From the human T2T-CHM13v2.0 reference genome, Homo sapiens, in NCBI RefSeq assembly GCF_009914755.1, contig NC_060929.1: DNA of 64,000 nucleotides. One strand, 5' to 3'. Positions 19,041 to 31,337 of the stretch are shown piece by piece; position 1 is the stretch's first letter, and the number at the start of each line of letters is the position of its first letter. The notes beneath the pieces were generated by a model that made no database searches, had not been told where the DNA came from, and worked only from the letters and a program-made list of their open reading frames with translations. Position numbers and translations under genes: made by a program.

Positions 19041-19949
19041 AAACCACTTTAGACCAATATCCTTGATGAACACAGATGCAAAAATCCTCAAGAAAATATT
19101 AGCAAACTGAATCCAACAGCATACCAAAAAGCTAACAATTCACCACAATCAAGTAGGCTTTATCCCTGGGATGCAAGATTGGTTTAACATATGCAAATCA
19201 ATAAATGTGACTCATCAAATAAACAAAACTAAAGACAAAAAACACATGATTATCTCAATAGATGCAGAAAAGGCTTTCAATAGAATTCAACATCCACTCA
19301 TGTTAAAAAAAACCAAGGAGAGTCTCTTCCATTGTCCCTTGATTTAGCTGTGGGGTAAAATATTGCAGTACATAATACAATGTTGAGTCCAATACCTGGC
19401 TCAGTTTCCATGGCTGTCCTTGGAACTGATACTCTGGTCATGAAATGACACTGAGGCGCAACATGTAGACTAGCTCTGGGTGGCATGTCCTCCAATAGGG
19501 TCTTCTGTTGTTTTCTGTATCAGCAATTGATCACTGAAAAGAGAAAATAAAATGGTTAAGGAGAAAGCTTTCCACCCAATTAGCCAGTGAAGTAACTAAA
19601 ACCGGAAAGCATACAGAAGAGCAGACTGAATCCACTTGATATAAAGTAATGAAAAGAAAATTGCCCTCAGCATCCCCACCTTATTGTACAAAAAACTTCT
19701 AAAATGAAATAAATGCACTGCCACTTCTGTTTTTTTAATAATGAATTTCCATTAGATACCGAGGAAAGAAAAAGGACCTTTGCCTCTCCCTGAGCTGAAC
19801 ACTTATGGACAAAACATGAAACAGTTTCTTCCTCAACATGTTTAAAAGCTAAGCACATGTAGCCAAAAAATGATAGGGCACAGAAGAGGCCAATACCAGC
19901 CAACAAAAGGCATGGGTTTTGTTTGGTTTAATGAATGAAAAACCATTGA

Positions 19950-20240
19950 TGATGACCTCAAAAAGAATTATTTTTCTAGAGGAAAGACTGGATTATCTTT
20001 CTATTTTTCTCTAGAGAAAAAGATATCACAAAATTGTTATATGTAGTGGCAACCAAAGAGTATGCAAACAGAGAAGGAAACTATTGTACAGACCTTTAGG
20101 CAGTTACTTAATTTTAAAAAATCATTCTCTTTTCCTCTGTGTTTTTTGGTAGTTATAGTATTTGTCACCTTTTGAAAATCTGTGCTTTATTGTGGATTAT
20201 TTTACATTTTATCATCCTAGATTAATGTCCTCTTTTATGT
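19950..20240 (+). mobile_element. Ancient hAT DNA transposon remnant (Tip100-group-like), transposase C-terminus
   Basis: 'gaggaaagactggattatctttctatt...aaagagtatgca' translates to EERLDYLSI...KEYA, resembling the hAT dimerisation domain. Confidence 0.55.
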
Positions 20241-20574
20241 CTAAACATTACTTCCAAATAGCTTATTCATGGAATAATGATTAATTTTTATAAATCATTT
20301 CATGTTTTAAAGAATGGAATTCTTAGCCTTCAAAGACCCAAGACAGTAGTACTTATTATATCTCACTTATCTGAAGAAATTATTTATTTAAATAACAAAT
20401 AAAAGTCAAACAGCACAGAGGGAGTAAAGCTCATATAATAAGACACAATTTCTTCCTCTTTAGAAATGAATGCAATCTGATATGAACAAGCCATTCAAAT
20501 ACTTAATAAGGTTCTGGAGAAGAAATAAATATACACCACATTGACAGCAAGCTTTGCATCTGTATTTTACATTA

Positions 20575-20645
20575 GATTCATTCTTTCATTAAACAAATAA
20601 TTGTTGACCTCTGCATAGACAGGGCATTATGCTGCTGTGGGGCTA
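20575..20645 (-). mobile_element. L2 3' end fragment
   Basis: 'attcattctttcattaaacaaataattgttga' is the antisense L2 tail. Confidence 0.45.
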
Positions 20646-20681
20646 TCATTATTTTTTTTAACTATGATATATTTTATTCAC

Positions 20682-21189
20682 TACATTAGTCAGGGCTCTT
20701 TTGCTTGCCAGTGACAGAAACCCAATTCAAACTATCGATATTAAAAAATGTATATATTGGCTCACATACTTGAATAAGAATGTAACTTAAGAATAGATCT
20801 ATCAAAATTATCAGAAATTTCCTCTGTCTCCTCACTGACTTTATTCTTAGACTGATTCTACCATTGTGTTGGCTAAATGGCCACCACCAGTTCCAACTTA
20901 GGACCTCAGTGAAAAGTCAGCGCTTTTCCAAGAGTCCCAGCTTAAGCCCCAGTGCTTTTGTCCATTGGCTGTAATTGATTCATTTTACGTTATGTGACTA
21001 TTCTTAAACCAATTACTATGACTGAAAGGAACCAATATACTACTTTATCAAGTTCATGTCTGCCCCTGGAGCCAAGAGAGAAGTAAGCCTCATCCAAATG
21101 GCCAGCAATGAAATAGTGGACCAATGCTTCCTCAATTAAAAAGAGGGAATGGATACCTGAGAGGAAAAAAATAATACCTTCCCACTACA
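20682..21189 (-). mobile_element. MaLR LTR, MLT1J/K-like
   Basis: 'attagtcagggctcttttgcttgccagtgacagaaacccaattcaaact' at one end and 'cccactaca' at the other. Confidence 0.7.
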
Positions 21190-21313
21190 ACTATACACAA
21201 GGAGCTACAGAATAGAGTAAGATATAAGTATGTAAACAACTATAATGTATCTCTTTGCCTCTGTCTCTCTGCTTCTCTATTTATCTATATCTGTCTACAT
21301 TCACAGACACACA

Positions 21314-21517
21314 CAGTGGTGCATATTAAATGTTTAGCTGGCTCTGCAGGGGAAAATAAGTTCTGATTTATACTGTTATCCAATCTCCATGGTGTAAATA
21401 CTCTCATCATAGCTGATTTCATGTACCAATGTGATGTCACTGAACGTGGAATTGAGGAGATATATCCACACGTTCAGCTCTTCTCAGCCAGTATGAACTG
21501 TCTCCAGCATACCATTG
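21314..21517. mobile_element. MER63A-like hAT-Blackjack MITE
   Basis: Ends cagtggtg ... ataccattg; internal 'ggtgtaaatactctcatcat', 'tgatgtcactgaacg'. Confidence 0.8.
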
Positions 21518-22063
21518 CCATAATTAAAGATAAGGTGGGAGAAGTTTCAATCTAAGTGAACAGAAGTAGTATATGGTCTGACCCTTACAGGATGAGTAGA
21601 ATTTTTGCAAACTGATTATATGTGTAGTATTATTAAAAATAATTACAGAGGCAGATCAAAGAATCAGAGTTGGAAAAATGAGAGATGTTTTATAGAACTC
21701 AAAATTGTTTTCAAATATTTAGTTTATATGAACTTGTGCCCCATATCAAGAGAGTTTGACATGGCATTTCACAGGGAAGGGGTAATTTTGGTGGGGAAGA
21801 ATATTTCTATATTCTGAGGGTCCCATAAGAGTTTAGAATCCATTTAATTGCTTTACTTTTCAAAGTCATTGTTTTACTCTCAACCCTCTATTATCAGACC
21901 CGATTTATGTGTAACTGTGAATAAACTACAGCCACTTCAAATTCTTTTTAAAATGTCCTTTATCCCCAAGAGTAATGCACTGAGAGAAATATGTCATGTT
22001 CCTCATAGACTTAGATCTATGCCAGTAGAAACACCAAAGGGATGTTGCATAAACAAGTAATAT

Positions 22064-23360
22064 AGACTTCTGGTTTCAGCTCTGACATATAAAGAGCTTG
22101 AAAGTCGTTACTCCTGTCCTTAAAAGAAAAAGTTGAAAGAACTAAAAAATCAATGATTTTTCTTAGACCCATCAGGAACTGAGGTTACAGGCAAGCCACC
22201 ATCCAAAATCTGAAAAGAGAGAGATGAATCCAGAAAGTGACAGCCAGGATCTGCTTACCTGGAGCAGAAGCTACTGGATCCATAAACTGGCAGACAATCT
22301 TAAATGGTAATAGTGATGATTTACTGGCGACCGATGGTAGATTGGCATAAGAGTAAGAAACTCCTGGAGACTACAGTCTTAGGGCAGACCCATACTTTCT
22401 TGGATTTACCTTCAGAACCTCACCAGGTTCTCACAGTGAAGATCTAAAAAAGACATGCTGATGGCTCTGTCAGGGGGAGGGAAATAATAACCAATGTGAA
22501 AAAGGCCCAGAGTCTTCTCCTTAACGAAGGCCTACTCAATGAGGGAAAAGACTACCAGAGCCTTATCCCAGCTGGGGGAAGGATGGGAAGGGCATTCCTT
22601 ACCTTTCTGCACACTCTAGCCTTTCTTTCTCATCTAAGGGGAAAATAAAGGCTATACAATGGCAACATAATTGTTAAAATCACAGATAAGAGACATAAGG
22701 CCACTAATTATATTACAGAATTCTTTTCTCTCCCCTATACCTTAGCACCACACCAGCACGGCTCCAGAATAACAATAGTGGATTATAGCTAAAGAGCTGT
22801 GGAGACCAAACTCTCTCTGATGAGGTGTGCACGGGAAAGCTCAAAGTCAAGAGAGGAGACAAAACAAGGACACTAGAGGAATTTGAAGGCCCTGAAACCC
22901 GTAGTGATGGCAAACAGCAAGCACAGCCCAATTCCTAGCTAGATTATCATAAGTCCTCACACTAAAGGCCTGTTTACCTCAGTTCCTATTCCTGATACAA
23001 ACATGTCAGGCTTTCAAAGAAAAGTCACATGGCATGCCAAAAGCAAGAAAAAAAGACACAATCTGAAAAGACAAAGCAAGCATCAAAACAAAATTCAGAA
23101 ATGACATATGTTGAAATAATCAGAAATGGAATTTAGAGTGATAACTGTGATTAATACGTTAAAAGCTCTACTGAAAAAAGTAGATAATATGTGAAAACAG
23201 ATGCTTAACGTAAGCAGAGAGATGGCAACTCTAAGAAATAATCAAAGGGAAATGCTAGAAATCAATGACATTGTAATAGAATGAAGAATGCCTTTGATGG
23301 AATCACCAGTAGACTGGACATGGCCAAGTAAAGAACCAGGGAGCTTTGAAGGTAAGTGCA
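22064..23360 (+). mobile_element. Old L1M 5' region (5'UTR and ORF1 N-terminus), 3'-truncated
   Basis: Begins 'agacttctggtttcagctctgacat'; ORF1-like 'aatgaagaatgcctttgatgg..tcaccagtagactggaca'. Confidence 0.7.
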
Positions 23361-23431
23361 GAAGTGATACACTCAGGACTAGACTTAAGCAATGGACAGT
23401 TCAACTCTTGCTGAAAGCCCAAGAAGGCATC

Positions 23432-23787
23432 TGATATGGTTTGACTGTGTTCCCACTCAAATCTCACCTTCAGTTGTAATAAGCCCCATGTGTCAAGGGC
23501 ATAGCTAGGTGGAGATAATCGAATTATGGGGTCAGTTTCCCCCATACTGTTCTCATGGTAGTGAATAAGTCTCACAAGATCTGATGGTTTTATAACTGGG
23601 AGTTTTCCTGCAAAAGTTCTCTTGCCTGCCACCATATAAGACATGACTTTGCTCCTCATTCGCCTTCTGCTGTGATTGTGAGCCCTCCCCAGCAATGTGG
23701 AACTGTGAGTCAATTCAACCTGTTTCCTTTATAAATTACCCAGTCTTGGGTATGTCTTTATTAGCAGTGTGAGAACAGACTAATACA
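23432..23787 (+). mobile_element. THE1 (THE1B-like) solo LTR
   Basis: tgatatggtttg...actaataca with a perfect 5-bp TSD gcatc (23427-23431, 23788-23792). Confidence 0.95.
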
Positions 23788-23863
23788 GCATCCTTTACTA
23801 CCCCGTAGTTTCAGGGTCCTCTTCTGATAAAAAGGGATAGTGGGATGGAGTAAGCAAAGTCAA

Positions 23864-23937
23864 ATTTGACACTTTTTCTAGCACTCTTGAACTACATCAA
23901 GATTTGCCACTTTTTCTAGCCCTCTTGTACTACCTCA
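23864..23937 (+). repeat. 38-bp-period tandem duplication
   Basis: atttgacactttttctagcactcttgaactacatca versus atttgccactttttctagccctcttgtactacctca (4 mismatches). Confidence 0.85.
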
Positions 23938-24305
23938 GTGTCTTTGCACTCCCTCTCCTTCCAACTCTCATACAGCATGATTTCTGGGTCTTAAATTAGG
24001 CATTTATAAAATTATACAAATAAAGCTACTTGCCATATTATCTCTCTTGGAGTGTATTTGCATTACAAGCTTTATCTAATTGTGTATTTAAGGCTTTGCT
24101 TCCTATGGAAGGAAGAGCAGACTCCAGGGAGGAGGTGGGAGATGGAGGGCCTTTTTCTTAACCCTGGAATCACATCTCTGCCCCATGCATAAGGCAGCCC
24201 TGTGGGGAATTGTTATGTGCATTGCTCTCGAGTAACAGGTGAGAATGGAGTTCCAAGAACAGCAGTATTAGGAAGGTGAGTAGTGGGAGGCTGCAGGATA
24301 AGGAT

Positions 24306-24371
24306 TGGCCTAAGCCTTGGGGACTAAAGAGCCAAGGGGGTGGCCTAAGCCTTGGGGACTAAAGAGCCAAG
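24306..24371 (+). repeat. Perfect 31-bp direct duplication with a GGGG spacer
   Basis: tggcctaagccttggggactaaagagccaag at 24306-24336 and 24341-24371. Confidence 0.95.
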
Positions 24372-24710
24372 CCTTCTGTGGTATCAGGACCACCTCCTTA
24401 AGTTGTTAAATCCCATGACCAGAAGAACCTGGAAAGAGTTTCAGGGGGACACCAGGTGAGAAAATCAAGCCCCGTGTGAAAAGGTCACAGAAATTTCCAT
24501 CGTTCCACTGAGAAAAGGGATGGCAATAAGGATTTTTAACATCCGTGAGTAAAAAGAAAAAATTATGGGCAGTTGGTCCTTTGCCAGAGGACAGAATTCA
24601 GAAGACAGCTTTGGAACATAATGTGATAGATTCAGAGCACATATTGTTACACCTTTAAATAAGCTATCTGAAGGATAGTGGAAACAATCCAACTATGGAT
24701 GGTTTTATTC

Positions 24711-24992
24711 TTTGTTTGTTTGTTTGTTTGTTTTTACACAGAGTCTCTCTCTGTCGCTCAGGCTGGAGTGCAGTGGTGCAATCTCTGCACTGCAACCTCT
24801 GCCTCCCAGGTTCAAGCGATCCTCCTGCCTCAGCCTCCCAAGTAGCTGGGACTACAGACACACACCACCACTCCTGGCTAATTTTTGTATTTTGAGTACA
24901 GACGAGGTTTCACCATGTTGGCAGGCTAGTCTCAAACTCCTGACTTCAAGTGATCCACCTGACTCAGCCTCCCAAAGCGCTGGGATTACAGG
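24711..24992 (-). mobile_element. Alu (AluS-type), slightly 5'-truncated, with (TTTG)n tail
   Basis: Dimeric Alu sequence lacking the first ~20 nt; degenerate TSD ggttttattcttt / ggtttcatccttt. Confidence 0.95.
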
Positions 24993-26339
24993 TTTCATCC
25001 TTTTCTGAAGGCCAGAAGAGATATTTAAAACAGATCCCAAACCTTGATTAGATGTAACCTGGCCTGCATTCTGCTAACAATTTGGTTTTATTTCACCAAG
25101 AAACTCTAGCAACTAATATGTTCATCTGTCAAATGCAAATAGAGCGAAACCTCTCTGCAAAACTATCTGCTACTGAGTCATTTTCATTAAGAAGCTAGTC
25201 CGTCTTATACCCCATCCAAAGAGTGCTTGATTCTTGACAAATCAAAACTACCACAATAATAACAGGCTCTTACCTATAAAGCAATCTCACAGCACATAAC
25301 TCAAGGATAATGCCACGGTGTTCTTCCACTGGAAACATCCTACTGATGCAAGTGGAATCCCTGCTAGGAAGCACTGCCAAGTACTTTGAAAAGAGAAAAT
25401 GGTTCTACTAGCTGATTCACTTTCTTGATGAGCTTCAACTACAGTATCTACTTTAGTGTGTTCAGAGAATCAGCATAAATGTATCCAGTAATCCTTAACA
25501 GTAAGTCTATTTTTTTATCTATTTATCTGTCTAATGTATTATAGATCCATTATGTTTCATCCAATGGCTTGCTTTCATGAGACTATGTTTGCCTTATTTT
25601 TTGTCAGTCTTTTAAAATTGTTTAAATTGGAGAGCCATTTTAGTTAACTTTCACGCAGAACCAAATAATTTTTCAAATTTAAAATGTTTTCTTTTTCTGT
25701 GCTACCCCCCCAAAAAATTATTGACCTTGAATCAATGTCTCTTAAACACATCTCTCTAGCCTCCTAGCTGTATTTTTTAAATCACAGATTCTGATAGAGC
25801 AGATACTTTTAGAAGTTTTAAGATTCTTAGACTTGGTTCCACAAAATCCATTCAACTCTTGCCCTTCCACTCTAATGAGAATAATATATCAAAAGGACAG
25901 CAAATGAGAAATCGGATTATTAAACCTCAACATGAAACAAAAGATATGGTATGAAATATTTATAAGCAGAACAAAGAGCATTGATGGGAACAGAAGATGA
26001 TGAGGATGATGTCTAAAATTATTAATGTTACAGAAACCATCCAGGAAAATTAACTGAATGATTGCTCTCCATTGCTATGAGTGAATGATAGTGGTAGCTG
26101 AAGGAGATTACAGGTAAATGTGGTTTTATTTACCATAATTTTAAAGGTAGTTTCAAAGTCATTGCCCATAATAAACTACTCATGCTTTGGGGATACACAG
26201 AGACTGAGATACATGTTACATTTGTTCAGAACACTTAAATGGGAATGTTCCCCTTACTTAGTAGTGCAAATCTGGCAGGTGTAACCAATATAAGGTGTAA
26301 CCAGTATCTTCAGTAACTAGATACTGACTGACTTAAAAC

Positions 26340-26860
26340 CTACACTTCACCCTCCCTCACCCCTCCTATGCAGCCATCACCAAGTCCTAAAAATCTCATG
26401 AATCCATTCCTTCTTTCCATTTCCACTATCACTAACAAGAGAAATCCTGGCTACCATCGTCTTTAACCTGCATTACTGCAATGGTTTCCTGACTGGTTGC
26501 CTATAAGTGGTTCTTACTACCATCTAACAGCAGCCAAGTGCTCATCTTAAAATGCTCATCTTATTACATTCACTTTTTTCTTAAAATATATCAATATTTT
26601 CCTGTTGTTTTTAGCATAAAGACAAATTGCCTATGACTCCTTGAGTGATCTGGCCCCAATCTACATCTCCAGCCTCACTTTGCATCATTTTGCCTCCTCT
26701 CACTCTCTCTTATCCAGCCACACTGCCCCTCTTTGAACCCCATGTTCATGTCATGCTCACTCCCAGCACAGGACCTTTGCACAGACCATTCTCCTCTCCT
26801 AGGAAGCTAATTTGCCCACCTTCAGCTAGTTAATATCTACATATTTTCAGCTCTCAGTGA
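26340..26860 (+). mobile_element. L2 LINE fragment
   Basis: 'catcaccaagtcct', 'tgatctggcccc' and 'caggacctttgcaca' L2 motifs. Confidence 0.7.
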
Positions 26861-26879
26861 TGTCATATGCATAAAATAT

Positions 26880-27200
26880 TATGAAAACAATAGAGGAGGC
26901 ACACAACCCATTCCAGATGGAAATCAAAGACTTTCTAAAAGTCCTGGGCCTCTAGTCTGATTCATACTGGAGCTGAGTAAGGTGAAGAGGGAAGGAACAG
27001 CATTCCTGGCAAGGGAACAATAGAGCCAGTGGAACAGAGAAATTAGTACTGTCGGAGCCAAAACTAGCAGGAGAGGTTGAAGGGAGATAAAGTTGTAGAA
27101 GTAGAGGGCTACTTACATAGAGCTAAAAGTCTATGGAAGAACTTTAGAGGGTTTGAGGAAAGGGCAAAAGAATATTAGATTTGCTTTGAGCGATTTTCCC
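26880..27200 (-). mobile_element. L2 LINE fragment
   Basis: 'gaacagcattcctggcaagggaacaa' and 'ttagatttgcttt' antisense L2 motifs. Confidence 0.55.
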
Positions 27201-27261
27201 ATAGTCACCGGGTGGTTAACAGTATTTGGACTAAGATCTCATTTTTCTAACACTCAGACCA

Positions 27262-27446
27262 AATGTCATTCACCAAACTCAGTACATCAGAATAACCTAG
27301 GGATTGTTAAATGCAGATTGCTGGACCTCACTACTGGAGTTTCTGATTCACTGTGTTTGGGACAGGGCCCAAGAATTTACATTTTTAACAAGTTTCCAGG
27401 TAATACTAAAGCTCCTAGTCCAAAGACTACACTTTGATAATCACTG
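27262..27446. mobile_element. MER5A DNA transposon
   Basis: 'catcagaataacct...ttgttaaatgcagattgctgg...tttctgattca...cacactttgataatcactg'-type motifs. Confidence 0.8.
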
Positions 27447-27589
27447 CACTAAATGTTATAACTTGATAACTGAAATATAAAGCCATTCAAAGAGATTTAA
27501 CTCTAAAAAGAATAAGAAAGAAAAACTGAGGCACAGAAATGCCAAAACAATGGAAAACCTAAGAGCATTTTTTTTCTTAGCAGTAAACA

Positions 27590-27712
27590 TAACTTTAGGC
27601 TGCAAATTAACTAATCTCCTTAAATCTCATTTTCTTACCTGTAAAACAAGATCATCAAGTGAAATGAGCACTATAGTTCCTTCCAGTTCTAAAGGTTTAC
27701 AATCCTATGATT
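27590..27712 (+). mobile_element. MIR3-like SINE fragment
   Basis: 'ctcattttcttacctgtaaaa...gttccttccagttctaaa...ctatgat'. Confidence 0.6.
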
Positions 27713-27974
27713 TAGCTTCTTATTTATATTTTGCTAAGGTTTTTTTTATTAAGTTACTTGTTATTCCATAAGTATACATGTGGGTAAAAATGAGAAGAAG
27801 AAAACAGACTGAGACTTTTGGGAAATAAGAGTTAAACCAAGAATTCTAACAAAAAGAGGCTGAATCATCAAGTTAATCACATATACCTATGAAAGATGGT
27901 TATCAATAAAATATCAACAAGAAGAAATTATGCAGTTTGCTAAAATTCCTGAACTTTTAAACATCTAACAACTC

Positions 27975-28522
27975 AATTTTTAAAAAATTTTAGATTTGGG
28001 CCGTACATGTGCAAGTTTGTTACATGGGTATATGGCATGATGCTGAAGTTTGGAGTTGTAATGATCCTGTCATCCAAGTAGTGAGCATAGTACCCCATAG
28101 GTAGTTTTCCAACACTTGCCTGTCTCCTTCCCTCCCCTGTTTTGGAATCCCCAGTGTCTATCGTTCCCATCTTTGTCAGTTATTCCCAATGTTTAGCTCC
28201 CACTTTTCTGTTTCTGCATTAATTCGCTTAGGATAATGGCCACCAGCTGCATCCACGTTGCTGAAAACAACATGATTTCGTTTTTGTTTTTGTTTTCTTA
28301 TAGCTGCACAGTATTCCATGGTGTATATGTACCACATTTTCTTTATTCAGTTCACCATTGATGGGCACCTGGGCTTATTCCATGTCGTTGCTGTCATGAA
28401 TAGTGCTGCAATAAACATACAAGTTTAGGTGTCTTTTTGGTAGAATGATTTATTTTCTTTTGGATATATACCCAGTAATGGAATTGCTGGGTTAAATGCT
28501 AATTATATTTTTAGTTCTTTGA
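27975..28522 (-). mobile_element. Short 5'-truncated L1 3' end (L1PA15/16-like)
   Basis: Antisense L1 3'UTR 'tacatgtgcaagtttgttacatgggtata'; degenerate TSD acaactcaattttt / acaactgatttttt. Confidence 0.9.
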
Positions 28523-29364
28523 CAACTGATTTTTTAAAGCATCTTTCTAAATGGGTGTTTTTATCTGAAACATAACCCAGGTGTTATTTTCTCTTTACCA
28601 AACATCTCAAACTATACTTCTTTGCCAGAAATGCCATCTTATTAGCTAAGATTCCCATGGTGAGACAAATTTTAAAGAACCATCCAAATAGTAAATAGTG
28701 TCCAGAATCTATGTAATATTCATGAGGGACCATTTTCTTTCCAAATGAAACATCAAAAAATGTTTTAATAAGATTTTACATAGTTCCAATTTTCTTTTTT
28801 TGACCAAATGCCATGCTTTTTCGATTAATCCTTTAAGACCACCAGATTGTTATATTTTTATTTTTTACTGATTAGATATTGGGAATTAAATAGTATCTGA
28901 TATTTTCCCTGTAGGTATTGATTCTCTTTTCGATTAATGCCCTCTAAATAACTGTCTTTGTTGTTCATATTAAATTGACAGCTAGATTCTAAACAAGTGC
29001 TATTAACTTTGTCATAACCCTAAAATTAGGAGAAATTAATAATGGGTTGGGGGCAGGGTTGGGGATACAAAAGATGGACAGCAGCGACTCTAAGAAATAT
29101 GGCATTGAAATTAGGACTAATTCACAACTTCAGGGGGGTCTACTTTTCTGGCAATGAAAAAGACTTGTTAATTAATTGCTCTCTTCTATCTGTCATGTAC
29201 CTGTCTTTAATTTGACCCCTCTATTTAATAAGAATTCTTTGCTCTTTTCAAAGGCTTTCTCTCAAAGTGCACTTCTTATGTTCCCTTTGGCCCACAAATG
29301 GCCACCTTTTTCACAATTACGTACTCTTGAAGATACCTGATGATGAGGATGAAATTCCAGCTCT

Positions 29365-29800
29365 TTGTGGAGGTTTTTACAGATTACAAAGTGACAGAAT
29401 CCTACCTCAAACTTGGTTACATAAAATAGAATAATTTGTTGGAAGGACACCAGGATACTTCTCAGAAATGAAGGAAAAGCTGCAGGATCAGGGAAACTCA
29501 GAAGAACTTAGTGACTGTCACCAGAGGCCCAAGCACAGCTTGTTTTCTCTTCCTTCCTCTTTTTTCTGAGTTCTTCTTTGTGTACCTTCATCCAGTTATA
29601 CTGCAGGAAGGCTTTCACCATACTGGACCTAGACTGGCCCTGGCAGGGTCATGTACCATCTCTTGGCCCAATCACTTTAGCAAAAGTAACATAATATTAT
29701 AAGTCCAACCTAGGCCACATCCCATTATTATGCCAATTAAAATGTCCAAAGGGGAAGTGCCTTGCCTGGTAACTTTCCGGTTATATTGGGAGGAAAAGTC
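29365..29800 (-). mobile_element. Old MLT1-family LTR fragment
   Basis: 'aagtgacagaatcctacctcaaact...aatttgttggaagga' MLT1-type terminal motif. Confidence 0.5.
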
Positions 29801-31337
29801 AAAGAAAGGTTTGTTTGTTCCCAAACAAATAAAACAATATTTCCATTACTATTGCAGTGTAACCAACCACTCCAAATTTAGTGACATAAAACCACCATTA
29901 TATTTTCTGTACCCAAGAGTAGTACATGTGATGTATTTCTGGAAGAGCATATTTGAAACTAATTCCATTCAAGAAAATCAAGAATATTTTTTAAAATTAG
30001 GTATCCCTTATTATAAAAGCAACTTTAATAAAGACTGTGCATAGCAATATACCTGTAGATTTGATACCTCAACTTACAGCCAAAGTTTCACCTTTAAGTC
30101 AAAACTGCAAAGGATATATTGATGCTATTAATAAAAATAATAAACAACAAAGAGTATAACACTAAGGGAATTGATAGCTGCCTAGGAGGTGTTAACAGAG
30201 TATGGTAAACCCAAGGACAATGAAGCCCAACTGCACATTCATTACTTTAACATGTTCAGCAATGAGGTAAGATAGTCAATTATTAATGGTAGCACTGAGA
30301 CCAAGGGCCTAACAATGCCTTTATGGTTATTAAATGTTATTTGGCGTTTGTTATCTCAAATTGCTTTTGTGTTGCTTGCTTATGACCTTCCTATTGCTCT
30401 TTTGGGGGTGCTAAATAGTCAAGCATTTCTAAAGAATTGTTTTCTAATCATCTGAATGGAGGAAACTCTTCAGGTACCTATCTGAACATAATTTTCTTTG
30501 TGGTTCACAAAATGATATTAAAAGATAGATCAGCCTACAAAAAGACAAATCATTCCAATTTACCTTTTAATGATCCAATATGAGGAACTGTATTTTTATT
30601 TGCCTACTAAAGACTTGCTGTCATTTCACTAGTATTTTATTGATGGCAATTAGATAATGTCATTTATGTCCCACAATACTAAAATAATGCACTGTTACTA
30701 AGCTTTTCATTTTCGAATGGCCTTCCTTAACCTTCATCCTTCAGTACTCATTTAGTACATTGCATACATTAATAAATTCTCAAACATTGCTCTGATTTTT
30801 ACACTTACTGTCATTTGGTGCTATTTCATTTAGAAGAAACACAACACTGGAACAATGTAAAGCACACCAGCCCAAGTAACAACTGACCATCTTTCAAGTC
30901 CTCTCTTTGTTTGGGTTACATTAAGAGCAGTAAAAAGAGAAAATTCTAGATGGAAAGGAAAGCATGTTGTTCAAAGCCAAGACAGACAAAAGACAGGTTG
31001 TCTTTTTTTATTTCCATCCTTAACCTTGGCAAAATAAGAGAGATTGTCTTTTTTCTTAACCTAGGACATGGGTCCTCTGGCAAGGAAGAGCACAGAGGGC
31101 AGCAGTTATTTCTGAGAACAGATGTAGAGATAGAAGTGTTTGTCCTCCTATCACAAATACCCACTGTGTCCTAATTATACATCTGCCAGGATGAATTAAA
31201 GGTAAGAGGACTTGAATGCCTTTCTGTATTTTGCCTTATCAAGAATGATAAACAGTGTCAAGACAGAAGTTAGGACTCACTCTCAGGAGTAATACAACAA
31301 TTTAAGGATTTTGAGAATGCCAAATATTAAAAATCAG

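Larger units (their letters stand above)
17723..19312 (+). mobile_element. Internal ORF2 fragment of an older primate L1 (old L1PA / L1PB-like)
   Basis: GDFNTPL...RTLHPKTTEYTFFS homology continuing to the [10 protein letters not shown] region; many stops; no 3'UTR. Confidence 0.9.

Noticed and set aside
26277-26308. 16-bp tandem duplication aggtgtaacca(a/g)tat
   Set aside because: Real but a commonplace micro-duplication with no further signal.
31189-31207. Possible 12-nt micro-exon (cag|gatgaattaaag|gtaaga)
   Set aside because: Too short to distinguish from chance, and there is no host gene context.
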